64,000 nucleotides of DNA from a virus (lineage: Duplodnaviria > Caudoviricetes). This document shows positions 10,444-21,900 of the stretch, in pieces. The stretch is from the IMG/VR virus record IMGVR_UViG_3300020048_000076, positions 25,712-89,711 of that record. The stretch is one strand, 5' to 3'. The notes under the pieces were generated by a model that saw nothing but the letters and a program-made list of their open reading frames with translations, was not told where the DNA came from and ran no database searches. The translations under genes and the position numbers were made by a program. The stretch's first letter is position 1, and every line of letters begins with the position of its first letter.

Positions 10444-12360
10444 ATGTCATCAATAGATACTTTAATATCAAACGCTACAAGTAGAGCTAATACTTACGCA
10501 AACGCAACTGATTTTTTAGTTACCGAACTGCGAACGTTTATTAACGATAACCCTATAACTATAGCAAAACAAAATCTCGATTTAACAAACATAGCTTTAC
10601 CTACGTATGTTAAACCAGCTAAAGACGCTACGGCAATGCCGGTGTATGAACCACCAAAATCTAAATTACCAACGACACCTAAATTAGCTGATATAAATCA
10701 AGTTATAGCACCAGCGGCTAGAACAGAACCTACGTTAAATTTCTCCGGACTTTTTCAACAAATAGCCCCGTCTTCCAATTTACCGGACTTTAACGAAGCA
10801 GAACCCGATTTAAACATAAATGCGTTAGTAGCTGAAATGGACGCTATTGCAGAACCCATTTTGCAAAACATTAATATCCCTACGTTAACGCCGTTAAATA
10901 TTGGTGTAGCACCTACGTTAAATATACCTACATTTGACGCACCGTTACCGCCTGATGCTATCAATGACCCGGTAAACTATGCAACCGTTATGGATATTAA
11001 ATATCAGCAAATGTTGCCTGAAATGCAGAACTACATTGATGATAAAGTAACCGGTTGGATTAATCAGTACGCTCCTGAGTATGCGTCTTGGAGTGCAACT
11101 ATGCAAACCAAAGTCAGCAATGCTTTGAACGGAGAAGTGTTGCCAGAACAATACGAAACTGCCATGATCACAAGGGCTAGGGGGCGAGTTGAACGAGATT
11201 TTGATTCACTTGAGCAAGGTACATTAACTACCTATGCAAAACGTGGTTTTATGGAACCTCCAGGTGCTGTTATATCGGCTATGCTAACAGGCCGTTTAAA
11301 AAACGCTGAAGCTTTGGCCAATACCTCAACAGATATCTATATTAAAAAGACGGACGTTGAAGTACAGCACCTTCAGTTTGTTATGAATATTGCTTCTACT
11401 CAAATACAAGGTACTCGCGGTATTGCCATTCAGTATGCGGGTGTAGTCGGCAACAGTATGCAACAAGCCGCTTCATACGCTTCAAACATAGCAGATAAAC
11501 ACGCTAAGATTTTTGAACATTTAATGGCTAAATCAGACATAGCTATAAAAGTAATGGGTGCATTAAACGATCAATATCAAATCAGATTAAAAGCAGCGTT
11601 ATCAGGTTTGGAAGGATATAAACTACAACTAGAAGCTGAGAAAGCTAAAAAAGACGTAGAGATTGCCCAAATACAATTTGTAGAAGGCCAGATAAAAATT
11701 CAACAACTTCAAGTAAGTACCTATACCGCTTTAATAGAAGCCGTATCGCGTAAATCTTCACTGGAAGAATTAAAACTTAAAGGGTATTCAATTAGAGCAG
11801 ACGTTTATAAAGCAACCACCCAAGCTAAAGTAGCTGGGTTTGAAGTTTATAAAGCAGCATTATCTGGCGATAAAATGAAGATGGATGCTGAAATGACTAA
11901 ACTCACGGTGTTTGAAGACTTGATCAAAATCGATCAGCTTAATTTAGAAACCCAAATAAAAACAATTGATGCTACAAAAGCCCATAACGATGCACTGGTA
12001 GAAGTCTTCAAATCAGGCGGAGAAGTCTATAAACTGGACATTGAATCCGCTATACAAAAATTTACAGCCGGTGCTGAAGTTAAGAAATTAGCCCAAACTG
12101 TGTATACCACTGAATTAGAAAACGCAATTAGTTCGTTTAAAGCTAATCTGGAAGTACCATTAGTCATGTTGAACGCTGCAATTAAACAATATGAACTATC
12201 TGTAAATACAGCGATAGAAGAAGCTAAACTAGACATACAACGTTTAAATCTATCAGAGGACGCTTCAAAAGCATCTGTTGGTGCTTATGGAGCCATGGCT
12301 GGAGCAGCGTTAGGCAGCTTGAATACTATGGCTTCATCTGCTCTTAGCGCAGCTGCATAG
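10444..12360 (+). CDS. helical coiled-coil virion protein (tail or ejection protein)
   Basis: Pro-rich N-terminus followed by long Ala/Gln/Lys/Glu-rich helical region. Confidence 0.45.
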   Translation: MSSIDTLISNATSRANTYANATDFLVTELRTFINDNPITIAKQNLDLTNIALPTYVKPAKDATAMPVYEPPKSKLPTTPKLADINQVIAPAARTEPTLNFSGLFQQIAPSSNLPDFNEAEPDLNINALVAEMDAIAEPILQNINIPTLTPLNIGVAPTLNIPTFDAPLPPDAINDPVNYATVMDIKYQQMLPEMQNYIDDKVTGWINQYAPEYASWSATMQTKVSNALNGEVLPEQYETAMITRARGRVERDFDSLEQGTLTTYAKRGFMEPPGAVISAMLTGRLKNAEALANTSTDIYIKKTDVEVQHLQFVMNIASTQIQGTRGIAIQYAGVVGNSMQQAASYASNIADKHAKIFEHLMAKSDIAIKVMGALNDQYQIRLKAALSGLEGYKLQLEAEKAKKDVEIAQIQFVEGQIKIQQLQVSTYTALIEAVSRKSSLEELKLKGYSIRADVYKATTQAKVAGFEVYKAALSGDKMKMDAEMTKLTVFEDLIKIDQLNLETQIKTIDATKAHNDALVEVFKSGGEVYKLDIESAIQKFTAGAEVKKLAQTVYTTELENAISSFKANLEVPLVMLNAAIKQYELSVNTAIEEAKLDIQRLNLSEDASKASVGAYGAMAGAALGSLNTMASSALSAAA

Positions 12361-13807
12361 TAAAAACTATATTCCCACAATCATATATCCGAGAATAGCC
12401 ATTGAGTACCATGTTTTGTTTCTCGGATAAAAATTCGTCATAAACAGAAAGTAAATTTTTTAGTTTATGCTTTTGAAATTGATACCTAGAATATCTAACG
12501 CCTTGTTTAACATAAAAATAGTTGGGTTTAGAAACATGAGATTCAATAAACCCAACGGTTCTATACCCTAAACCGTTAAAATAGCGTCTATCACAAAAGG
12601 TTTTTATACCATCCGGCAAATAGGTTTTTATAAAATGTTTAATAAGCTTTGAAAAGCCACCTACAACAGACGTATTTATCTTGGTACACAATCTAACCAA
12701 CTCATACCAATTATCTGGCATATCGCCTAAAACCCGCCTCTTTTTTGAAAAAGTAGTAAGGGTTAGTAACTCACCGTTTTGATATAAACCTAATAGAATT
12801 TCAGCGTTTGCATAACCTTGTAAATGATTGTTTTTTAAAAATTCCTTAGCTTCTTTTAGCGGTACGGTTTTAATAATTGTTTTACGAGCGTAGGTAATTG
12901 TATCAGTCAAACATAGCCTATTTTTTACTATAGATTTTACTATCTCTTTTTTATCACTCCACTCATCATCAAATACTTGAATAAGACCACAACCGGCTTC
13001 AGTAGCCAAAACATGCTTATGCAGATGGTAGTTGGCATCCCTAAATCTATCGGAATGGTAGTAGATACCACAAAACTCTATGCCTAGTTTTTTAGCAGGT
13101 ACAAAGCAATCTAACTCAAAAGGTTTAATAACGGTTCTATCAGATAACGTTGTCCCTACCAAAGAGGATATAAAACCGGATAACTCTATTTCTCCATTAG
13201 AAGGACCAACAATCGAACAGGTTTTACAGCCTCTACCGTTTAAATGAGAATAAGGTTTTTGGTAAAAACGCCCATGTTCTGAACAAACTATTTCTACTTT
13301 AATATTTGATTTAACATAGTTAACCAAAGAGTAGTCATATTTACCACCATGTACTCTTAAAGCTTTGGCAATGAAATCTTCTTGAGTATCTCTTAGATTA
13401 ATAGAATTAAAAACACCTACACATTTTACGCAACCATAACTGAGATGCTGGCTTGGGGATTGTAAAAAAATACCATGAAGTTTACATATTATAGGTACTT
13501 TAACCATACGATTGGTATACACTATTTTTGAATAGTCATATTTATCACCGTGTACTTTTACTGCTTTTAATATAAACTCTTCTAAAGAACCTCTATTAGA
13601 ATCAGCTACTCTTAATACTGAACATTGTTGGCAACCTGCACCTTGTATATGGCCACCGGCTTTTTGTAAAAACTCACCGTGGATAGGGCAAATAATAGTT
13701 ACATTATTTCTGGAAATAGTATAGTTTACTAAAGAGTAATCATATTTAAGACCATGAACTCTTTTAGCTTTTTCAATAAATTCGGGGGTTGTGCATTTAA
13801 TAGCCAT
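12344..13807 (-). mobile_element. free-standing homing endonuclease gene: three DUF723-like repeats plus Hef-like PD-(D/E)XK C-terminal region
   Basis: Three FIxKAxxVHGxKYDYSxVxY...CxxHGxF units with CxxC; ELDCFVP...GIEFCG.YYHS and YARK...NHLQG...ELVR...GGFSKL...RIYDCG motifs; antisense within the virion operon. Confidence 0.8.
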
Positions 13808-13841
13808 AAAAACTCAGTTAGTTTTGTCAGTAGAGGGTTGG

Positions 13842-13894
13842 ATGTGGCGGGTGCGTTACTGAAGCGCATTTTTTCTCCGTCGAGATAGCCACGT
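13842..13894 (-). promoter_or_regulatory. structured 5' leader (three-way junction) of the endonuclease gene
   Basis: Minus strand GTGGC-TAT-CTC(GACG)GAG-AAAAAA-TGCG(CTTCAGTAA)CGCA-CCC-GCCAC. Confidence 0.55.
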
Positions 13895-13898
13895 AATT

Positions 13899-13943
13899 AG
13901 CATACCACAACATATATTGAATATAAACAGAATATGATACAAT
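13899..13943. promoter_or_regulatory. overlapping divergent sigma70-type promoters
   Basis: Leftward TTTATA(13922-27)-17 nt-TGgTATGCT(13899-13907); rightward extended -10 TGaTACAAT (13935-13943). Confidence 0.55.
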
Positions 13944-14002
13944 AAATGCAAATATTATAAATAAAACCCTAATATTATTAATTATTTAATAGGACTCAAA
14001 TA

Positions 14003-15874
14003 ATGGCCACAGATTTAAATCAACTTCCATCCGTTGCTCAACCGGCCATTCAACCTATATCTCGAATACCAGCGGTCATTCCTATGAATGAGCATCCGGG
14101 AACTAGAGTTATACCAACTACGTTACCACCTCCTATGCAAGGCGAGGTAATTGATCAAGCTGTATCCCCTACACCTGTTAATACGCCTATCGTATCAGAT
14201 ATGAGTAGCCCAGTTGCGCCAGCTGTTACACCTAAGCCAGCTGTTACACCTACACCTACACCTATAGCAGCAGCACCTATAGCAACTACACCTATGCCAT
14301 CGATAACCGATACTGTAAAAGGGGTAGCTGGTAATGCCATGGATGCCGTAAAGAACAAAGCTGTTGATATGTACAACAACGATTCCCAAGGCAATCCTGA
14401 AAACCCATTACAAGCGACTACACGTAGAATGGGTACTGCCGGAGGAATTATAAAAAACAAAGCATCTGATTTTGTAGAAGGGTTAAAACAATCTCCCGCT
14501 TCCGTATTGGAAGCAGCAAGACCTTTAGTTGAAGCAGTACCTAAAGTATTAGTTGGAAGTAAAGGGGTTGCTAATTTAGAAAAATTTGCTGGTACAGGTG
14601 CCAGTAACTTAACCACTAAAATAGGTGAAAAAGCACAAGAGGCTAAATCAGCACGAAGGTCAAAAACAGAACAACAAATTGAAGCGATACAAAAAGGTAT
14701 TGGTTCAGGATTTGGCGGAATGCAAGTATTAAAAAATCTAGCTAACATACCTGCTAATGCACCTGCTGATAAAGCTCTTGCTGATAAAGCTGCTGTTGAT
14801 AAAACTGCTGTTGATAAAGCTGCTGTTGATAAAGCTGCTGTTGATAAAGCCGCCACTGCACCAGAAGCAACCGCCACTCAATCTGTACAACCTTATAGCA
14901 GCACTGGTAAACCGGTTAGTACATTAGATGTAACAACACCTACTGGCGGAACCGGTAGAGTACAGTTTGCTGATGGAAGAAAGCTTTCTGATGCCTCTAT
15001 GCAAAACATACAAGGTGTTATGAAAAGAGAAGCTGATCCTGCTTTTAAAGCAAGACTAGCTGAAGAAAACGCCAGAGTAGAAAAAAGAATGGCCGAAGGT
15101 AGAGCTTCTAACGCACCTGCTCAACAACAAGTACAGCAAGTACAACAGCAACAAGCACCTGACTACTCAGGCGATATAGAAGAACTAATGTCTCAAATGC
15201 CTAGCGGATCGTCTACTGACAGTTTAGGTACGATGATAGCTAATAAATCAAAAAGAGCCGGTATTTTAGCAAGAGTGGGCGCTTTACAAAATGCTCAAAA
15301 GATGGCCGGAGAACGTGCTTCTGACGCTAATAGATTAGCTGCTGAACAAGCTCGTGCTCAAACCGCTGCTCAAACTGAACAAACAAGGTTAAATGAAGCC
15401 CGTCAAGATCGATTATCCGGTAGAGATTTAGAAGAGCGTAAGTTTGCACAAGGACAGGAAAACATTGAAGCTACTAGAGGAGCAACAGCAGCTGAAAGAG
15501 AAGCTACACATGGATATCAGCAAGCTACGTTACAACAAAGAGCGGATATCGCTGCAAATACGCCACGTCCCTATACGATAGGCGGAGAAAAAGTTAATGT
15601 TACACCAGCTGAAGTTCCAGCATTACAAAAACAATATGAAATATCTCAATACGAACATCCTGAAGGCCGTGGATGGTTTGAATCAGATACAGCTCAAAAA
15701 ACAAGGGAACAAGCAGGAGATACTGCAAGATGGGCTAAAGAACACCCTCAAGAAGCTAAAAAAGAAAGTAACGATGCCGACATGAATACTCTTTTGATGA
15801 GTGATGCAACTAAAGAGACAAAAGATAATGCTTTAGAAGCTTATAAACAGCGATACGGAACGTCATTTAGATAG
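14003..15874 (+). CDS. putative internal virion/ejection protein
   Basis: 623 aa low-complexity Pro/Ala/Gln-rich helical protein directly upstream of the giant polyvalent gene. Confidence 0.55.
   Translation: MATDLNQLPSVAQPAIQPISRIPAVIPMNEHPGTRVIPTTLPPPMQGEVIDQAVSPTPVNTPIVSDMSSPVAPAVTPKPAVTPTPTPIAAAPIATTPMPSITDTVKGVAGNAMDAVKNKAVDMYNNDSQGNPENPLQATTRRMGTAGGIIKNKASDFVEGLKQSPASVLEAARPLVEAVPKVLVGSKGVANLEKFAGTGASNLTTKIGEKAQEAKSARRSKTEQQIEAIQKGIGSGFGGMQVLKNLANIPANAPADKALADKAAVDKTAVDKAAVDKAAVDKAATAPEATATQSVQPYSSTGKPVSTLDVTTPTGGTGRVQFADGRKLSDASMQNIQGVMKREADPAFKARLAEENARVEKRMAEGRASNAPAQQQVQQVQQQQAPDYSGDIEELMSQMPSGSSTDSLGTMIANKSKRAGILARVGALQNAQKMAGERASDANRLAAEQARAQTAAQTEQTRLNEARQDRLSGRDLEERKFAQGQENIEATRGATAAEREATHGYQQATLQQRADIAANTPRPYTIGGEKVNVTPAEVPALQKQYEISQYEHPEGRGWFESDTAQKTREQAGDTARWAKEHPQEAKKESNDADMNTLLMSDATKETKDNALEAYKQRYGTSFR
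14759..14848 (+). repeat. six tandem 15-bp coding repeats (consensus GCTGCTGTTGATAAA = AAVDK)
   Basis: APADK-ALADK-AAVDK-TAVDK-AAVDK-AAVDK read directly. Confidence 0.9.
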
Positions 15875-15928
15875 TGTGTATACTCCACATATAAATTTTA
15901 AAAAATACATTTTAAAGGATATTAAATA

Positions 15929-18900
15929 ATGCCATCCAGCTCTCTTAATTTAGACGAAATTCTAGCAAACGCTTCTTCTACTAATACCTCTAAAGGAGCC
16001 CCTAAATCATCAGAACTGGACAAAATATTAGCTCCTTATGCAACTAAAACGCCAGAGCAAGTAGAACCAGAAACAGAACAAGGTAACATAGGTACTGACG
16101 TATTAAAATCAGTAGTTAGAGGTGCAGCGGGTATACCCGAAGCTTTAGCCGAACCTGTTCAAACCGTAGCCGGCGGTGCCGGTAAGCTGCTTGATATCGC
16201 AGCTGGAGAACAAGCTGAAGTAGGGCCAGCAGAAGCAGGTGTAGCCGAATACGGCGGCCTGATGCGTGAAGCCACTACTCGAAAATTAAAGAAAGCAGCC
16301 GCAGAAGCACTACCTTATTCAACCGCTACCCAAGCTTCACAAGAAGAGTTCGGTAAACAATTAGCCGATATCCAAGCTAACAAAGAAATGGGCTTGCCTG
16401 AGCGTGTTTATGAATCAGGTAAAGCGGCTATTACCCACCCAAGAGCGGCTATCCCATCAATCGGTGAAAGCGGAACACAGTTCTTAGCTGGCGGAGCAGC
16501 GGGTAAAGCATTAGGATTAGGCGCCAGCGCCTTTAAACAAGCCGTTGGTATTAACGCCTTGTTGGAAGGGGGTGGCGGTAGTGAAGGTGCAAGAGAAGAA
16601 ATCGCTAACACACCGGTAGAAGAATTACGTAAAGCGCCACGCTTTCAAGAATTAGAAACCCAATACGGTACTGATAAAGCGTTAAAGATTGCCCAAGAAT
16701 TAGCAGGTTCAGCTGCATTTACACCCTCTGCTATCGGCGGCGGTGCGGCTACTGCACTTACAGGCGGTGGTGCCGGCGGACGTTTATTAGAAAGTGCTTT
16801 TGGTACTGGCGCTAGAGAAACGATACAACCGGGTCTTAAAGGCATAGCTAGGTACGCGGCTAAAGAAGTACCTAAGTACATGGCCAAAGAAATACCTGAA
16901 GAAACGATTCAAGGTGTTACCGGACAATTAGGACAAAACATTGCGGCTCAACCTTATACTGGCGTACCTTTAACTGAAGGTTTGGTAGAACAAGGCGTAG
17001 CCAGTGGTCTACAAGGTGCAATCGGCGGTGGTGTTTACGGTGGTGCTGGTGTAGGTACAGATATAGCAAGAACATCTTTAGAACGTAGACGTGATGCAGC
17101 AGGAGCGATTGATGAAGGAAACCTTGACACTACAGGCACTGGAACAGCTTTACTTGGCGCAGACGGAAGCGTTATCCCAGCTGGTACTACGGGTGCAGGA
17201 ACTGGAGGAGCAGGTGGCGGTCAAGCACAAGGTGACGTTGACCGTACTGGAGCAGCACAAGCAGGTGCTGGAACAACAGCGGCTCAAGGTGCAGCTCCAA
17301 CAAGGACTGAGCAGGTAACATCCGATTTAATTAATACTTTAACAACAGCAATAACCACTAACCCAACTACTGGCGTTACATCTAAAGCCGCTTTGGCCGG
17401 TGTTACTTCAGGTGTAGCAGCACCTATAATAGACGCGGCAACTCAAGATACACAAGAAGCTCAAGCCGCTTTAGAAGCGCAACAAGATCAAGATGCTCAA
17501 GATGCGCAAGCTCTATCTACGCAACGCGATGTAGATATTCCAGCAGAAATATTTACAGGGTCTACAATAGATGGTAAGAAACCTGAAAAAGTTGCTTTTA
17601 TTGATGATACATTAAACCAATACGATTTTGCTATTAGTGATTTATTAGATCAAAAAAGACAAGCTGTAGAAAACGGAACGACACCACCTGTCGCTAACTT
17701 AGGAAGATTAAGAACGATAGCAAAAGATTTAGGTGCGCCGTATTTAAAATCCAGTGAAGGCGATTTAATACACAATATTACACTTCGATTATCACAACTT
17801 AGAACGATACAACAAGAAACAACAGAAAATGGCCTTAAAGAAACAACTACACCAACTACAGCAGCACAACCAACAACACCAGGAGCAGGTACTACTGAAC
17901 AGGCACCTCCTCCAATGGGCGAAGCCCAAGGTGAAACCGTCACTCCTCCAACGGGTACGGAAGCTACTACAGGATTAACATTTAATGACCAAGGCGAAGA
18001 CACAACCCAGATCGATAAAGAAGGGCAAGAAGACCAAGGGCAAGAAGAGCAAAAAGTAGCGCCTGTAGAACAGCATTTAGTCAATAACGTAAAAGTTAAT
18101 CTTAATAGCTTAACACCGACGCAACGAACTGAATGGGATGCGGCTAACGAAAACTATAACCTTGAAATAGGATATGCAAATAGTATTAGTGACTCTCAAG
18201 AACGAGGTAAACGTTTAAATGCGGCTGGCCAAAAGCTATCTGCTGAGAGAAGACGTATTACCGGACTTTATACGGATAAAGAACGTGTAAAAAATGTTGC
18301 TTTTGCTAATAAAATTAGAGAGGGTGCGCCTTTACAAACTAAAGATGGTGAGCAAGTTACGGCTGTATCTACACCTTCCTATGGAAAAGTAAAAGTAAGA
18401 TCAGCTTCTGGCGTAGAGAGTTCTATCCCAACTAGCGATCTTAAAGTAACCCCCGTTCAATTGCCAAGAGCAGAAACAATAACCCTACCTGATGGAACTT
18501 TAGAATTTGTTGGCTATAAAACAGAAGAAAAAGCGCCAGAAGCAAAACAAGCACCTGTATCAGCAGCAGCTGATCAACAACAAGCCCCCAGCGAAGCCGC
18601 TATTGAAGCAAAAGAAGCTTACCCTTTAACCGGTGCTGATTTCCAAGGTATTCATGTCGCTATTGAAAACCCAGCGGGAACTGTTCGCTCCGGTACAGAT
18701 GCCAACGGTGAAAAATGGGAAATACAATTAAAAGATAACTATGGAAGTATGCCTAATGTAAGGGGTGCGGATAAAGATCATCTTGATGTATTTACACCTG
18801 TTGGGCTTACCAAAGAACAAGAAGATAAAACTAAATACGCTTACGTAGTTGATCAGTATGTAGTTGATGATAACGGTAAACAGACAAATCAATTTGATGA

Positions 18901-21900
18901 GCATAAGGTTATGCTCGGTTACCCTAGTCTAGCTGCGGCTAAAGAAGCATACTTAAGAAATTACAATCCCGGTTGGAGTGGCTTTGGCGCTATTACCGCT
19001 ATGTCAATGGCCGATCTAAAAGCTAAGACTAATGAAGTTTGGGATAAACCAATAAAGCCTAAAAAGGTAAGAAAAGCAAAAGCCGCTTTTTACACAGCAC
19101 CATCTGGATTAGAAGAGCTTCAAGGCGCTATTAAAAAATTAGGCGGCATTAGAGATGCTAACGGACCTAAATCGGCTTTTTCTGATTATAGGGGAAGGCG
19201 TTATCAAGCCATTTTTAATAACGGTACTAATGCGTTAACCATGGATGACATGGCAACTTCTTTAAATCAATACGGCTATGATATAGACGGTGAAAATGGT
19301 TTATCAGAATTGCTATATGACTCATTAAGAGGAAATGAATACTACACGCCAGCTGGCCATGAAAATCTATTGGCTATTCAAGAAAAAGAAAATTTCAATG
19401 ATGAGCAAGCAAGACAATTACAAAAATATGAAGATGCTGTAGAAGAAGGGCTTATAGATAGCACAGATTTTGACGATGCTATTGGATATTTAGAAGACGA
19501 TTTTAACTTCGGTGACATAGTAACCGGAGAAGACCTTAATGACTTTTGGGGATTTAACGATGAATATGACGAGAGAACAGATGTTGGCGGTTTTGAAGGC
19601 GGCGAAGAGGCGGCAGGAGGAGAAACAGAAGAAGTAACACCTTATACACCGGGTGCGCCTTTATTAAAGACCTATACCCAAGAAGAAATACTCGATCAGC
19701 AAAATGAAGCTAAACGATTAGCAGCTGAAAAAGCGGCTGCTGATTTAGCTGCGGAGCAAAAAGCCCAAGCAGATAGAGAAGTTGATACGTTTCAAGACTG
19801 GATGTTAGGACTTGGCGGTACAGCAACTACTGATATGTTTGCCGAAGAAGGCATTAAGAACTTAGGCGGAGCTGAACCCGTACAGAAAACAGAAACTAAC
19901 GGCATAAAACAGCCTGAATTAAATAGTGATGACCTAGCAAAACACATAGCGGATGCAGCAAGGGATAAAGGCTATAGCTGGAGTAAGAATAAAGACGGAA
20001 CGTTTGATATAAAATCAAACGGTGTCCACATTGCTACAGCTGCATATCAACCTGATTCTGCTGAAGAACTAACGGCCTTAGTATTAAAAAACTATAAGAC
20101 CGCATTAGATCGTGAAGGTAAGGAATTACCTAGCAACCCAAAAGAAATGACTCGTGATCAATTTTATATTGCTAGTAGATTCGGAAAAATAATTAACGAT
20201 TTTGAAATTAGCGGGGATGACATAGCCAACAAGACTGGCGGCATAACGACTAATGAATATGGCGGGTTTGCGATTGATCACGATGCGCTATATGACCGAT
20301 TACAGAAAACAGACCTTGCACCTAGAATTTCTAAAGCGCAATTAGCAGATAGACTATTCAGTGCGGTTATGTTCTATTTGAAAAACCATCCATCCAGCGA
20401 TGGCAAACCATATAGAGCTTTAGCAAAAGCCGCTAAAACCAATCAAAAAGCAGCTGAAATATTCAGTTTTGTAAAAAGCGTAAATGCTAATTTTATTAAG
20501 CTAGATAAAGCGGATTGGCAAACAGCGGATGCAGAATTAACTAAACAGTTAGAGTCTTTACCGGAAGAGCTGTCTAAAGAATACGAACGTATATTAGGTG
20601 CGGGTCTTAATGCTGTTGATTTTGAACAGTCTATTAAAGACATGCAAGAAAATCTAACCCCAGCTGAAATAAAGGCGCTTGCTACTGAAACTAAAGCTGA
20701 TATAGAAGGGGAAGAAGCCACTAAAAAAATAGAGCAGTATAAACCTCAGTTTAGTAGGCAAGAACAACGTATTTTAGGTAAGTCAAGAAAAGGATTATCA
20801 AATAAAGAAGTTTTAGATCGTATTCCTGAATTAGCAGAACACGCTAAAAAAATGCGTGAAGCAGATTATATTACGGACGAAATGCGAGTAGAGCATCAAA
20901 GACTGGTTGATTTATATAAACCAGTTGAACCGTATGAATCAGTGCCAGAACCAGTGCCTGAAAAACAAGCAAGATTTGCTTTAGCAAATGGTAAAGGGCA
21001 AAGTGAGAAGAAAGCGGATAAGTATGGTTTACCAGCTGCATTCTTTAAACTAGGTGACTGGGTACAATTTAGATTAGATATACCTTCGTATTCTCAAAAC
21101 AATACTTGGATAAATTCTATACACACTCCAAAATCAATGACGGGTACTGATGCTTCATTTAAAGCAGGTCCTGTTGTTGGGTATGAATCTGCTAGTGCCG
21201 CCACCAATGTAAAATTTGGTGTAGGCCAAGATGACTCTTTAGATATTGCAACAGGTAAAAATAAAGGGACTATTGCCACAATACTTGGCCAATGGAAACC
21301 AATGTCTAATGAAGAGATGTACGAACGAGCCCAAGCTATTGTAAATCAAACTGCTCCAGATTATGCACAATGGACTCAAGTTGGTATGGATCCGGAACGA
21401 CATAGTTATTTTTATGACAGGGTTAACCAAGATGTCGTAGATAGCGCCGATGAAGTTATACAAATAGGACCGTTAGTTTTAGCTAAGAATGTGGTTTTTG
21501 GTGAAAAGAACCTTCCAAACCGCTATAGTAGACTAGAAGCGAAAAACGTAAATACGTTTGCCAATGCCCAAGAAGCTGAAAATGAATTAATTGATCAGTT
21601 TGGTCCTGGCATTGCCAACCTTATTAATACTAAAGTCCTTAACCTTACCCAAGGCCGTGACTCTTGGCCAGAATCGGCTAGAAAAGCAGCTGAAGGTTTC
21701 TTTACTGAAGCGGTTTACCTTAACGGTAAGGTCTATATCGATTTGCAGTCTACTGCTAGATATAGAATGAAGGCTGTTATCTTACATGAATTAGGTGAGC
21801 ATTTTAATCTTGAGCGGATGCTTGGCTTAAAAGGCTACGCTGATTTACAAAACCAAATTCGTAATCAATCAAGAGTAGAAGGTTCTGAAACGCAACGTGT

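Noticed and set aside
13966-13978. 13-mer ACCCTAATATTAT shared with 60130-60142 (minus strand)
   Set aside because: Very AT-rich; one such match among intergenic regions is plausible by chance
14155-14877. Long antisense/alternative-frame ORFs in the track (e.g. 14155..14877, 17650..18084, 4619..5035, 59092..59556, 52528..52851)
   Set aside because: Shadows of real genes with biased codon usage; no RBS or recognisable motifs
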